Virus record (IMG/VR): IMGVR_UViG_3300005512_000004
DNA length: 64,000 nt
Source of the DNA: an uncultured virus (IMG/VR IMGVR_UViG_3300005512_000004)
Taxonomy: Duplodnaviria > Heunggongvirae > Uroviricota > Caudoviricetes
Strand: one strand, 5' to 3'
The translations under genes and the position numbers were made by a program. Numbering within the stretch: position 1 is the stretch's first letter; the number at the start of each line of letters is the position of its first letter. This document shows positions 16,085 to 24,255 of this stretch, piece by piece. The notes beneath the pieces were generated by a model. It had not been told where the DNA came from. It was given only the letters and a program-made list of their open reading frames with translations, and made no database searches.

Positions 16085-16190
16085 TACGCGTACATATCGG
16101 AGAAGATACCTCATCGCTTGGGTACCGCTACAACGATGACCTCGAGATCGGTGTCTCGATCGACACCAACACTTTGTTAGGATTTTTTAA

Positions 16191-16613
16191 ATGAAGAATA
16201 CCGTTTTAAGTAAGCTCACCGACCTCTCTGTCGAGGCGTACGCTGTCCCTGTAGAGACAGACGACACGCTCGTCGTGCTCGGTCGCATTAAAGCCTCCAC
16301 CGACCCCGAGTTTAAGAACGTCGAGAACAGGCTGATCTCTTTCATCGAGAAGGCGCTCGTGCGCGCGGAGCTCCCGGAGTTCAAAGATGACGACAAGCTA
16401 CGCTTACGTTTCTCTCGCCTCTGGCTTTTGAAAGACAGCTCACTGCGTTACACGTGGGACTTCACATTTAAGGGCGATCTCACTCTCCTAGACGCGTTGT
16501 TAGACGGCATCAAGGTACCGCCTCTTACACTGACGCGTACAGAGGAAGTCAGTACGCAAACCGTTAAGCCTAAGAAGGGCGCTGTGCGTCCTGTACGTGT
16601 AGGGTCGTTATGA
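16191..16613 (+). CDS. hypothetical protein
   Basis: AGGA RBS; coupled to the next gene. Confidence 0.7.
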   Translation: MKNTVLSKLTDLSVEAYAVPVETDDTLVVLGRIKASTDPEFKNVENRLISFIEKALVRAELPEFKDDDKLRLRFSRLWLLKDSSLRYTWDFTFKGDLTLLDALLDGIKVPPLTLTRTEEVSTQTVKPKKGAVRPVRVGSL

Positions 16614-17185
16614 GCACTGCGCACACGCCAGCGAAGTACAAAATTGAGATACACTTCAATAAGAACCGTACTACGTCAGGCCCAAACACAGCTGCGGTCA
16701 GCATCTTCGAGTCGGGCGCGCGCCTTAACGGAGAGGGTGATGAGCTTGTGTACCTGTGTAACGAGCGAGATAAGGGGCTCGCGCTCGGTATGCCTGGCGT
16801 AAAAGATCAACAGGTGATTCGCGGCTACGGCGGTTGTGGCGGTATCATCCCCGGGAACAACCTACGTGGGGGTGTGGCGCTCTGCCCTAACTGCAAGGCC
16901 ACGATCAGCAGCGAAGGTCTCACGTCTACCTTGCTTGTAAATCTCACGACTAAAAAGCTCGCGCTTTTGGTGACGGACATCTTCCGCAAGCTCAACTCGG
17001 ACGCAGACGTGTACATCAAGTACCACCCTACCGACATACGCAGTGTTGCGCTGAATAACCCTAACAGCCTGGATAAAGGTCGTATGTCTCGTGGGCTCAC
17101 GATCTACCCCATCTTCAACATCATCAAAGACACCTCGGGCGGCGCAACGCTCGAAGGGCGATTTGAGGCTTTATTTTCCGCATGA
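16610..17185 (+). CDS. hypothetical protein with probable Zn-binding cysteines
   Basis: YLC...GCGG...CPNC. Confidence 0.7.
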   Translation: MSTAHTPAKYKIEIHFNKNRTTSGPNTAAVSIFESGARLNGEGDELVYLCNERDKGLALGMPGVKDQQVIRGYGGCGGIIPGNNLRGGVALCPNCKATISSEGLTSTLLVNLTTKKLALLVTDIFRKLNSDADVYIKYHPTDIRSVALNNPNSLDKGRMSRGLTIYPIFNIIKDTSGGATLEGRFEALFSA

Positions 17186-17439
17186 AGAGCATTAAAGAGA
17201 TCATGATCAGGCACGCCGATCTAGAGATCCAACGTGCCGCGGTAGAAGAGTGTATTGCGTTAATACGCTCAGAGTTCTCATCAAGAGACGGGATACCGCC
17301 CAACAAAATCGTGCTTACAGAAGACGGTAAGCGCATCCCCTCTAACACTTTCACAACCGTCATTGACGACATCACACAACGTATCTTAGGGCCGATTCTC
17401 ACCGAGATGTCTTCCCTAGAGGAGAAAAAGATCAAATGA
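17182..17439 (+). CDS. hypothetical protein
   Basis: ATGA-coupled ORF. Confidence 0.65.
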   Translation: MKSIKEIMIRHADLEIQRAAVEECIALIRSEFSSRDGIPPNKIVLTEDGKRIPSNTFTTVIDDITQRILGPILTEMSSLEEKKIK

Positions 17440-17744
17440 GCGACAAGACAACACAGCCACAAGAGCTCACCATCGAGATGCTTGCTTCGGATATTCGCCA
17501 GCTCGCGTACGAGGTCAACAACATCGCCATCACAACCAGCGCGCTCGTTGAGCTGTTAAGCGTCGACAAGGAAAAGCTAAAAAATGTCGCGCAGCAGATC
17601 TTCGAGACCGCTGTCGCTAACGCGGCAAAGCAGTCTGACGAGCCCGAGGAGACTGCGGAGAAGAGCAACCCGCTCTCTCCCGAGAACGTCAACGCCTCAG
17701 GCCCAGCGTCTCATCCCGAGAACGCTGTCATCTTCGGTGGCTAA
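17436..17744 (+). CDS. hypothetical protein (coiled coil, acidic tail)
   Basis: GGAG RBS, ATGA coupling, ends HPENAVIFGG. Confidence 0.65.
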   Translation: MSDKTTQPQELTIEMLASDIRQLAYEVNNIAITTSALVELLSVDKEKLKNVAQQIFETAVANAAKQSDEPEETAEKSNPLSPENVNASGPASHPENAVIFGG

Positions 17745-18922
17745 AGCCCTCGCGTACGCGCCCATACACTGTCAGGCAGCGTCATGATCTCCGACGCCTG
17801 TAACTCGAGCTTATCGAGCGCGAACTTCGACGTGTTGGTCGTCTGTCCCTCACGAGCGTAGCGCGTAATACCATTGACCAGGTCGGCTACGGTATCGCCC
17901 GGCTCCTCTACCCACGACGCGGCGAGCGAGAGCGCGAAGACGTCTTTGTCTCCTATGGGAGATAGGTAGTTCTTGAGGAGCATACCGTACGCTGTCGCAG
18001 CGTGCTCCATCGTAGGATCGCTTGTCCACTTCGTAGATCGAGCGTTAGACCATGCAGATGAGAAGTGCTGTACGAAGCCGCCCGTCTGTTTGAAGAGCTC
18101 GCCTACGCGCGTAATCACGCTGCTGACCTCTCCGCGATGGCGAACGCGCTTCAGGTAGCTGTCTGCTGCGAGCATCTGCATATTGGCGCAGAGTTGTCTG
18201 AACATCAGCAGGTTCATTGCGATCGACGTAGAGCCGTCATCGCGCAAGCTCCAACCGCGCCCAACTTGGAACGTGTCGTCCTTCCCCCACTTGTAGTCCG
18301 ACGGGTTAATCTCTTGTCGGAGTAACTCGCGAAAAGACAGCTGCGTGGTGTTGGGGTCGTAGATGTACGTACCTTTTGCGTCGGGTGCAGTCTGGCGTGC
18401 GATCGTGCGTAGCACATCGTTAGCGTACACATCGGGGTACGTCTCCGGGACGATGCCGAAGATAACACGCTCTCCCTCTGTGCCCGTCCTTGTGCGTACT
18501 TTCACCTTACCATCTTGCTGTAGAAGGGCGCGAGTGTTGTGTGCGCGAAGATCTACAGCTACGCCTGTAAGATAAGAATACGCGCCTCTAGGAGCGATAC
18601 CGCGCAGGAGCGCTCTATACGCGTCTTGTGTGGCTTTGTGATCAACGTCACCAAAGGTGATTGTCATGTCCTCGTCCACTTTAATATCGCGAATATTAAT
18701 CGTCGTGCTCTCTCGATCTTCGGCCTCAATCAGCCCTGCCAAACTAGCAGCAAGCTCTGGGGCGGAGGGGAGTGCGTTAAAATCTTCGATCTGTTTACGA
18801 AGTAGAGACTGTTGTCCTGGGCTGATGGTATAGTTCCCGCTCCCTAGTACAGATTGAGACGCGGCAAACCCGCGTATGGTGGGCGGCGCCTTAATCGCCA
18901 TAACATTGTTAACTGCGTTCAT
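17741..18922 (-). CDS. DUF932/DUF945-like protein
   Basis: DDGSTSI..FRQLCAN..RVRHRG motif and a C-terminal TVADLVNGIT helix; GAAAGGA RBS before ATG 18922. Confidence 0.7.
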   Translation of the reverse strand: MNAVNNVMAIKAPPTIRGFAASQSVLGSGNYTISPGQQSLLRKQIEDFNALPSAPELAASLAGLIEAEDRESTTINIRDIKVDEDMTITFGDVDHKATQDAYRALLRGIAPRGAYSYLTGVAVDLRAHNTRALLQQDGKVKVRTRTGTEGERVIFGIVPETYPDVYANDVLRTIARQTAPDAKGTYIYDPNTTQLSFRELLRQEINPSDYKWGKDDTFQVGRGWSLRDDGSTSIAMNLLMFRQLCANMQMLAADSYLKRVRHRGEVSSVITRVGELFKQTGGFVQHFSSAWSNARSTKWTSDPTMEHAATAYGMLLKNYLSPIGDKDVFALSLAASWVEEPGDTVADLVNGITRYAREGQTTNTSKFALDKLELQASEIMTLPDSVWARTRGL

Positions 18923-18977
18923 GGTTATTCCTTTCGCAGTAAAGCAGTTTAGAGTAGCGTAACTCACGCGAACACTC

Positions 18978-19007
18978 TTTTATCACCTCGGAGACGAGAT
19001 TATGCAC
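18978..19007 (-). promoter_or_regulatory. leftward promoter-like motif copy
   Basis: GTGCATAATC-TCGTCTCCGA-GGTGATAAAA then GAGT. Confidence 0.55.
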
Positions 19008-19211
19008 ACCCCCAAAGACGAAGATTTCTCAACTATCATCAAAGAGTTCAACAAGGCGCTCTCGCGCATGGGTCCTGGGATGGGCGACCCTGTTACTAGG
19101 GCCGAGAAAGCCCTTTTAAAAACCTTCTATTACTTCATTCTTCGAGAAGGATATGGAGAGCCTGGAGCATCTGCCGATCCTCAGCTGGGAGACCATAAAA
19201 AGTCGACGTAA
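19002..19211 (+). CDS. small hypothetical protein
   Basis: GGAG RBS; PVTRAEKALLKTFYYF helix. Overlaps the convergent gene. Confidence 0.55.
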   Translation: MHTPKDEDFSTIIKEFNKALSRMGPGMGDPVTRAEKALLKTFYYFILREGYGEPGASADPQLGDHKKST

Positions 19212-19584
19212 TTACGGCCCCGACTTTCTGCTTCATCGCCACGTCATCAATGTTGCGGAGAACGGCTGCGCGTACATCAGTACCGGCTGCCCCCCAAGAC
19301 AGTATCCCGTCAACGAGGAATACTGCGATGATGTGTGCGTCAGCATTAGGCAGTGACGCTCTTACCACGGTTTCCTGTGCAAGTGTGTCAATTAGGACTG
19401 CACAGCGCTCCATGAGCGCAAAGTCTGCGTTTGTATTGCAGACGAACTTGCGTCCGTAGAGGACATGGTTGCTTGTTCGGGGATAATTTTCCGCGTACTC
19501 CAGTACGGAGTCTGCGAGATGAGTCCACGATCTACCTGCGATTGCGCCGAGCGCTGCGACACCGAGTATACCGATCATATCCAC
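19135..19584 (-). CDS. hypothetical protein with N-terminal hydrophobic segment
   Basis: GAAAGGA RBS; promoter motif upstream. Confidence 0.65.
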   Translation of the reverse strand: MDMIGILGVAALGAIAGRSWTHLADSVLEYAENYPRTSNHVLYGRKFVCNTNADFALMERCAVLIDTLAQETVVRASLPNADAHIIAVFLVDGILSWGAAGTDVRAAVLRNIDDVAMKQKVGAVITSTFYGLPAEDRQMLQALHILLEE

Positions 19585-19613
19585 GTTCCTTTCATAGTGT
19601 GCGTGTGGTAGTC

Positions 19614-19643
19614 TGTTATCACCCGATTTATAGAGGAATTGAC
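19614..19643 (-). promoter_or_regulatory. leftward promoter-like motif copy
   Basis: GTCAATTCCT-CTATAAATCG-GGTGATAACA then GACTAC. Confidence 0.65.
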
Positions 19644-19644
19644 T

Positions 19645-22600
19645 ATGGGTCCTAACTTATACTCTCAGACGCCTGGCGCACTGCACATGGGTGGCGGGCA
19701 CGCTAATCCTTTCGCGGTAAATGACCCTCTTATGGGGAACATATACGGCCATACATCTCGAGGGGATGCGTTTGCGCGATTTGGTGCGTCTCTTCCGGGG
19801 CACGCGTTGACGCTGGGAGGTGTCGCGAGCCTAGCGAGCGGGTTCGGTATTGGCGGGAGGCTGACTGCGGGTATCGGGAACACGCTTGGGTTAGGTACAA
19901 TGAGTCTAGGCCCGCAGATGATAGCGACTGCTGCGCTGCAGTACGCTGCCGGTCAATTCTCTCGCGGACAAGAGCAAAATCAGATCGCTCAGAATCTCTC
20001 GCGGCGAGTCTTCGGAGAGAGAAACATCGGAGGTCGCACGGGTATGGGTGCGTCGCGAGACGCGATTGCAGGCTTCTCTAGTGCGTTTCGAGAGCTCGCT
20101 AACTCGTCCGAGATGTTAACGAACGACCAAGAGCTTAAGAATGTTTTGAACAAGTTTACAGACATGAAGCTCTTGGATACCTCTAAGAACCTCTCGGAGA
20201 TGGGCGCGCGCGTCAAGAAGATGTCGATGACGTTACGTGACATTTCGATGGATCTTGGAACGACGCTCGAGGGCGCGTTGCCGGCGTTTCAGCGACACGC
20301 GCAGATGGGCTTCATGGATCCCGAGCAGATGAAGCAGTCTATTCGCACCAACCGCGCTCTCCGAGGCGTCGGCATCTCTATGAACGACGCGACGATAACA
20401 TCATTCGAGATGGCGCAGGCGGCGACAAACTTCGCGATGGGAGGTGACCGCCGAATAGGCGCGCTTGGGGCGCAGCGCACACTCGGAAACATGAGCGTAG
20501 CGACGTCTATGGGCTTGCTGACAGATGAAGACCTGATGGCGGCTACAGGTAAGCGTGGCGAGGATGCTGTCGCGGATCTCTCTCAGCAATCTATGCAGGC
20601 GTCGTCGGCGATTATGCAGAGCGCGCATGGGAGACTTCTCGCTGCTGCGCTCGGCGACGTGGGGGAGGATGGTCGTTATACGGGAGGGATCGACCAAAGC
20701 GTGAAACGTCGTCTCAAGACAATGTCGATGGATGAGATTAGCCAGATCGCAAATAAAAAGCTTGGTGCTAAAGGAGGCGCCGCCTCTTTCGAGCGTCGTA
20801 TGAAGAGCGGTATGGGTGCTAATATGGGCGCGTCTCTCGACATGTCAGAGTTCTCATCCGTGCTAAATAAGGTCTTTGATAATGAAGACACGATGGCGAT
20901 CGTACTAGAGCAGCTTACCGGTATGCGCGGCCAGACCCTAGACGTATTGCTTAAGGTGCAAAAGGACGGAGATCGTATCGTCAAAGAGACCGAGCGTCGT
21001 ACAAAGGAGCTCTCACAAAGGAACCGCCTTAACGCCATCATACAGCGAGAGTTTACGATTGGCGGCCGACTCGATAAAGCATACCGAAACTACATAGCTG
21101 AGCCTATCAGTCAGCCTCTTCAGACGATGGGCTCGGAGTTCGGTACCGCACTCGGTAAGTACGTAGACAACTTCGGTACGCAGATTATGGAGAATGGCGT
21201 GGGTTCGGGCATAGGACGCGCGCTTTTCGGCCTCGGTATAAACGATGACGGGGCGGAGCAGTCTTATGACGACCGCCTGCGTAATCGAAAGAGCGCGGTT
21301 GCGGATATGTTCGGTGCGGGGACTAACACGGTACGGGGGCCCGAGTTGTCACTAGGTGAAGTGGGGCGTAATGTCGCTGTCGGTTTGGGAGGCGTCGCGA
21401 CCGGGAATGTCTACGCAATGGGCGCCGGCCTGGCGGGTATTGCAGATAACATCCACACGTATCACGCTTCGCAGCGAAGCAAAGACCTCTTCTCTACCGG
21501 CCGCGCGCGTGATAGGGAGCTACTCGCAGCAAGTAGCGCTTTGCAAGAGCGTGAGTTTGAGAGTGGACGCAACAGTACGTCTTTCGGTGAGACTGACGAG
21601 GGTTTCTTGGCCGCATACAAGGGTAATCGGCAGGACATCGAGTTCAATAAGCAACAGAAACGGTCCCTGCTGCGTGGCTTAGTCGCCGCGAGTGAGCAGG
21701 GTGGTGATATTGAGAACATGACAGAGGAGTTTGCGAAGGCGGCGTTTGGTATAGGCGATGGGTTTACGAAGTTTCAGCGAGACCAGATGGAGAAGCGTGG
21801 CGGGCAGTACGGTCTCATGAAGCAGCTCGCGAACGACAAGACGCTCACAGAAGGAGAGCGTGCGATGGCAAAGAGGTTCGTAGAGCAGTTCGAGACGCAG
21901 CTACGGAGCAAAGCGACGTTAGGTACGGCTGAGGACGTCGAGGCGAACCTCAAGAGCGCGAATTCTACGCTCGCTGATCTCTTTGACACAGGAACAGACG
22001 GCTTCGAAGAGAACTGGCTAGACAGTGACATTAACCACATCGAGAACGACTACTTCGCGAGTCTTCGTGAGGGAGGTCAGTTGAGCACGCTCGAGTCCTA
22101 CATGAAGGGTCTCTCAGATGAGACCACAGTACGTAAGCTCAGCAGACATAAACGTTTTAGCGACGCTATGAGCGCAGAAGACGCAATCGCGGTAGCGAAG
22201 GATGTGTTCGGTGTCGAGATTACGAAGGGCGAGGGTGAGACCGCGAAGGACATGTTTAAGATGCTCTTTAAGCGGATCACGTCCGAAGGCGTAGAGACAT
22301 TTACGCGGCAGATGAAGCCTATGGCGCAGAACGCGCTTAAGGCGATCACTAAGAAGAAGACCGCGGAGGGACAAAATAGGAAGCTCGCGCTCCTTAAGAG
22401 CTTCGATCAATCTACGGGGCTTGATTCCAAAAAGCGTAAAGATATACGAGAGGCGTATACCGAGGCCCTATCTGGCGGAGATGGGTCTAAGCTGTTCGAT
22501 ATGGTTTCCGGGCTCTCCAAAGAGGAGCTCGGTCAGCTAGACGGCCAAACGGGCAGGATATTTACGGAGCTCAAAGGGCTTGAGGGCAAGACCTCGGAGG

Positions 22601-22914
22601 AGCTCGCAAGTATGCTACAGGAGCAATTTGATACAGATACGGTAGCCGGACAGAAGCTCTCGGATATGACACTTGAGGAGCTTAAAACGCTTGCTGTGCA
22701 GAATAATTTGGTGGGACAGACGCCTGTAGCAACAGGGAACACCGCTGCTGGGCGCGCGGCAAAAAACCTAAGCCCCGAAACGTCCGCTAAGCTTACACAA
22801 GAGCTAAGCGATAACGTAGCATCGAACATAGAGATTATTACGTCTGCGGCGATGCGCTACCAAGCCGCCTCGACGCAAAAGATTAAAGAGCTCGAGAAGA
22901 AGACAGGAGGCTGA
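19645..22914 (+). CDS. tail tape measure protein
   Basis: ~1090 aa, Ala/Gly/Met-rich helical, hydrophobic Gly-rich patches; first gene of the tail/baseplate run. Confidence 0.7.
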   Translation: MGPNLYSQTPGALHMGGGHANPFAVNDPLMGNIYGHTSRGDAFARFGASLPGHALTLGGVASLASGFGIGGRLTAGIGNTLGLGTMSLGPQMIATAALQYAAGQFSRGQEQNQIAQNLSRRVFGERNIGGRTGMGASRDAIAGFSSAFRELANSSEMLTNDQELKNVLNKFTDMKLLDTSKNLSEMGARVKKMSMTLRDISMDLGTTLEGALPAFQRHAQMGFMDPEQMKQSIRTNRALRGVGISMNDATITSFEMAQAATNFAMGGDRRIGALGAQRTLGNMSVATSMGLLTDEDLMAATGKRGEDAVADLSQQSMQASSAIMQSAHGRLLAAALGDVGEDGRYTGGIDQSVKRRLKTMSMDEISQIANKKLGAKGGAASFERRMKSGMGANMGASLDMSEFSSVLNKVFDNEDTMAIVLEQLTGMRGQTLDVLLKVQKDGDRIVKETERRTKELSQRNRLNAIIQREFTIGGRLDKAYRNYIAEPISQPLQTMGSEFGTALGKYVDNFGTQIMENGVGSGIGRALFGLGINDDGAEQSYDDRLRNRKSAVADMFGAGTNTVRGPELSLGEVGRNVAVGLGGVATGNVYAMGAGLAGIADNIHTYHASQRSKDLFSTGRARDRELLAASSALQEREFESGRNSTSFGETDEGFLAAYKGNRQDIEFNKQQKRSLLRGLVAASEQGGDIENMTEEFAKAAFGIGDGFTKFQRDQMEKRGGQYGLMKQLANDKTLTEGERAMAKRFVEQFETQLRSKATLGTAEDVEANLKSANSTLADLFDTGTDGFEENWLDSDINHIENDYFASLREGGQLSTLESYMKGLSDETTVRKLSRHKRFSDAMSAEDAIAVAKDVFGVEITKGEGETAKDMFKMLFKRITSEGVETFTRQMKPMAQNALKAITKKKTAEGQNRKLALLKSFDQSTGLDSKKRKDIREAYTEALSGGDGSKLFDMVSGLSKEELGQLDGQTGRIFTELKGLEGKTSEELASMLQEQFDTDTVAGQKLSDMTLEELKTLAVQNNLVGQTPVATGNTAAGRAAKNLSPETSAKLTQELSDNVASNIEIITSAAMRYQAASTQKIKELEKKTGG

Positions 22915-22916
22915 GT

Positions 22917-23129
22917 ATGGCGTTCATCGACCCGACCACACAGATTATACAGCTAGACACTAGGGCGCGCGCGCCGTCAGTTTATGTAAAAGATACGGTC
23001 ACGGTTGAGGACATCGTCTTCATGTACGCGCGCACGAGCGCCGTGAACAAGCTCGGGACAAAGAACATTGTTCCGCAAGTACCTGCCAACATACGTCACC
23101 AGATTACACGCGTGCCTTATGTCCGATAA
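22917..23129 (+). CDS. small hypothetical tail-region protein
   Basis: AGGAGG RBS. Confidence 0.6.
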   Translation: MAFIDPTTQIIQLDTRARAPSVYVKDTVTVEDIVFMYARTSAVNKLGTKNIVPQVPANIRHQITRVPYVR

Positions 23130-24246
23130 GTTCGTCATGTTCATCCCCACCGTTCCTGCTCGCGAGACGACAGCTACGTATACCGCCGCTAAAGGTGATC
23201 TCGCTGCGCGCGGGAGCAACCAAGATATACGCCGACCGCTTGACGCCTTGACGTTAGCCGACGACTCGTACGCGACGATCTCACTGTTATCGGGTGGTAG
23301 CCTCCATAACACCTCTGTCGCGTCTGGTAGATCATCTACGAACGCTAACCTGCTCATACAGTCGCTCAGCTACAGTATCGCGGAGAAGCACCAACGCGCC
23401 CAGACATTTGATCGAGATAGGCTGTTCTTCTTCGGGCAGACATTGGCGACGCTACGAATAGACGCGAGGACACTCGACACGCTTACATTTCAGTGGCTAC
23501 AGGAGCTTCACGAGAACTACGCTACGCGGATAGGGGGCTCGATTGCGGCAGAGCGTGGCGCAAAAGTACAGATCACGAGCGATGGACGTGTCTATACAGG
23601 GTATATCCTCGATATGAGCTTCGCCAAAAACGCAGCGGATCGCTATACTGCGAATGTAAACTTCTCCATGGCGCTCACGAGCCTTAAGCACCTTAAGCGC
23701 CTGCGGAGTACGGTAGACGAGAAGGACCTGGGCCAGCTTAGTGTAGAACAGGCCTTTCCTGAGATCTCAGCGCTGCTCGCTAGCAGCGGTGGCGGGAGCG
23801 CGGATACGGGTGCCCCCCTAGCGTCGCAGGTAGATGCCCTTATATACTCGGAGCTTAAACCCGTCACAGAAGGTACGTACGCGTTTAAGGACATTTATCT
23901 AAACGAGTACCCGAACCGATCATACGGCTTCTTGACAGGGAATAGTTTTGTTTCAAAAGAAGAGACGGTCGAGCGCGTGAAGATGCCTAACGAGCTCGCG
24001 GAACAGCTCGACGGGAGCTTCGATGATGTATTTGATTACTACGTCGATTACGGGGCAGGCGTTACTACTGCGCCTATAGGCACAGACGGTGCAGACGTAT
24101 CGACCCTCGAGAGCACCTATACTGATCCTATACCTGCCCTCCAGCGAGACTTGACCGGCGAGCAACTCCCTACGGGAGATGATAGTGTATCTCTCGCCGC
24201 GAGCGTAGGAGGTAACCTATCCCCCATAACGTCCTTCGGCATTTAA
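23119..24246 (+). CDS. tail tube initiator / baseplate-associated protein (putative)
   Basis: Directly after the TMP. EKHQ..QTF..FFFG and YTGYILDMSF beta pattern typical of tube-fold proteins. Confidence 0.45.
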   Translation: MSDKFVMFIPTVPARETTATYTAAKGDLAARGSNQDIRRPLDALTLADDSYATISLLSGGSLHNTSVASGRSSTNANLLIQSLSYSIAEKHQRAQTFDRDRLFFFGQTLATLRIDARTLDTLTFQWLQELHENYATRIGGSIAAERGAKVQITSDGRVYTGYILDMSFAKNAADRYTANVNFSMALTSLKHLKRLRSTVDEKDLGQLSVEQAFPEISALLASSGGGSADTGAPLASQVDALIYSELKPVTEGTYAFKDIYLNEYPNRSYGFLTGNSFVSKEETVERVKMPNELAEQLDGSFDDVFDYYVDYGAGVTTAPIGTDGADVSTLESTYTDPIPALQRDLTGEQLPTGDDSVSLAASVGGNLSPITSFGI

Positions 24247-24255
24247 GGAGTCCTT

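Noticed and set aside
16180..16194. Second slippery site GGATTTTTTAAATGA
   Set aside because: The T-run is not in X XXY YYZ register for the upstream frame; it looks like an ordinary RBS and ATGA overlap.
2351..19623. TTATCACA as DnaA boxes or lambda-type operator half-sites
   Set aside because: One base short of TTATNCACA, dispersed singly, not palindromic, and always oriented ahead of leftward genes with a second box at fixed distance.
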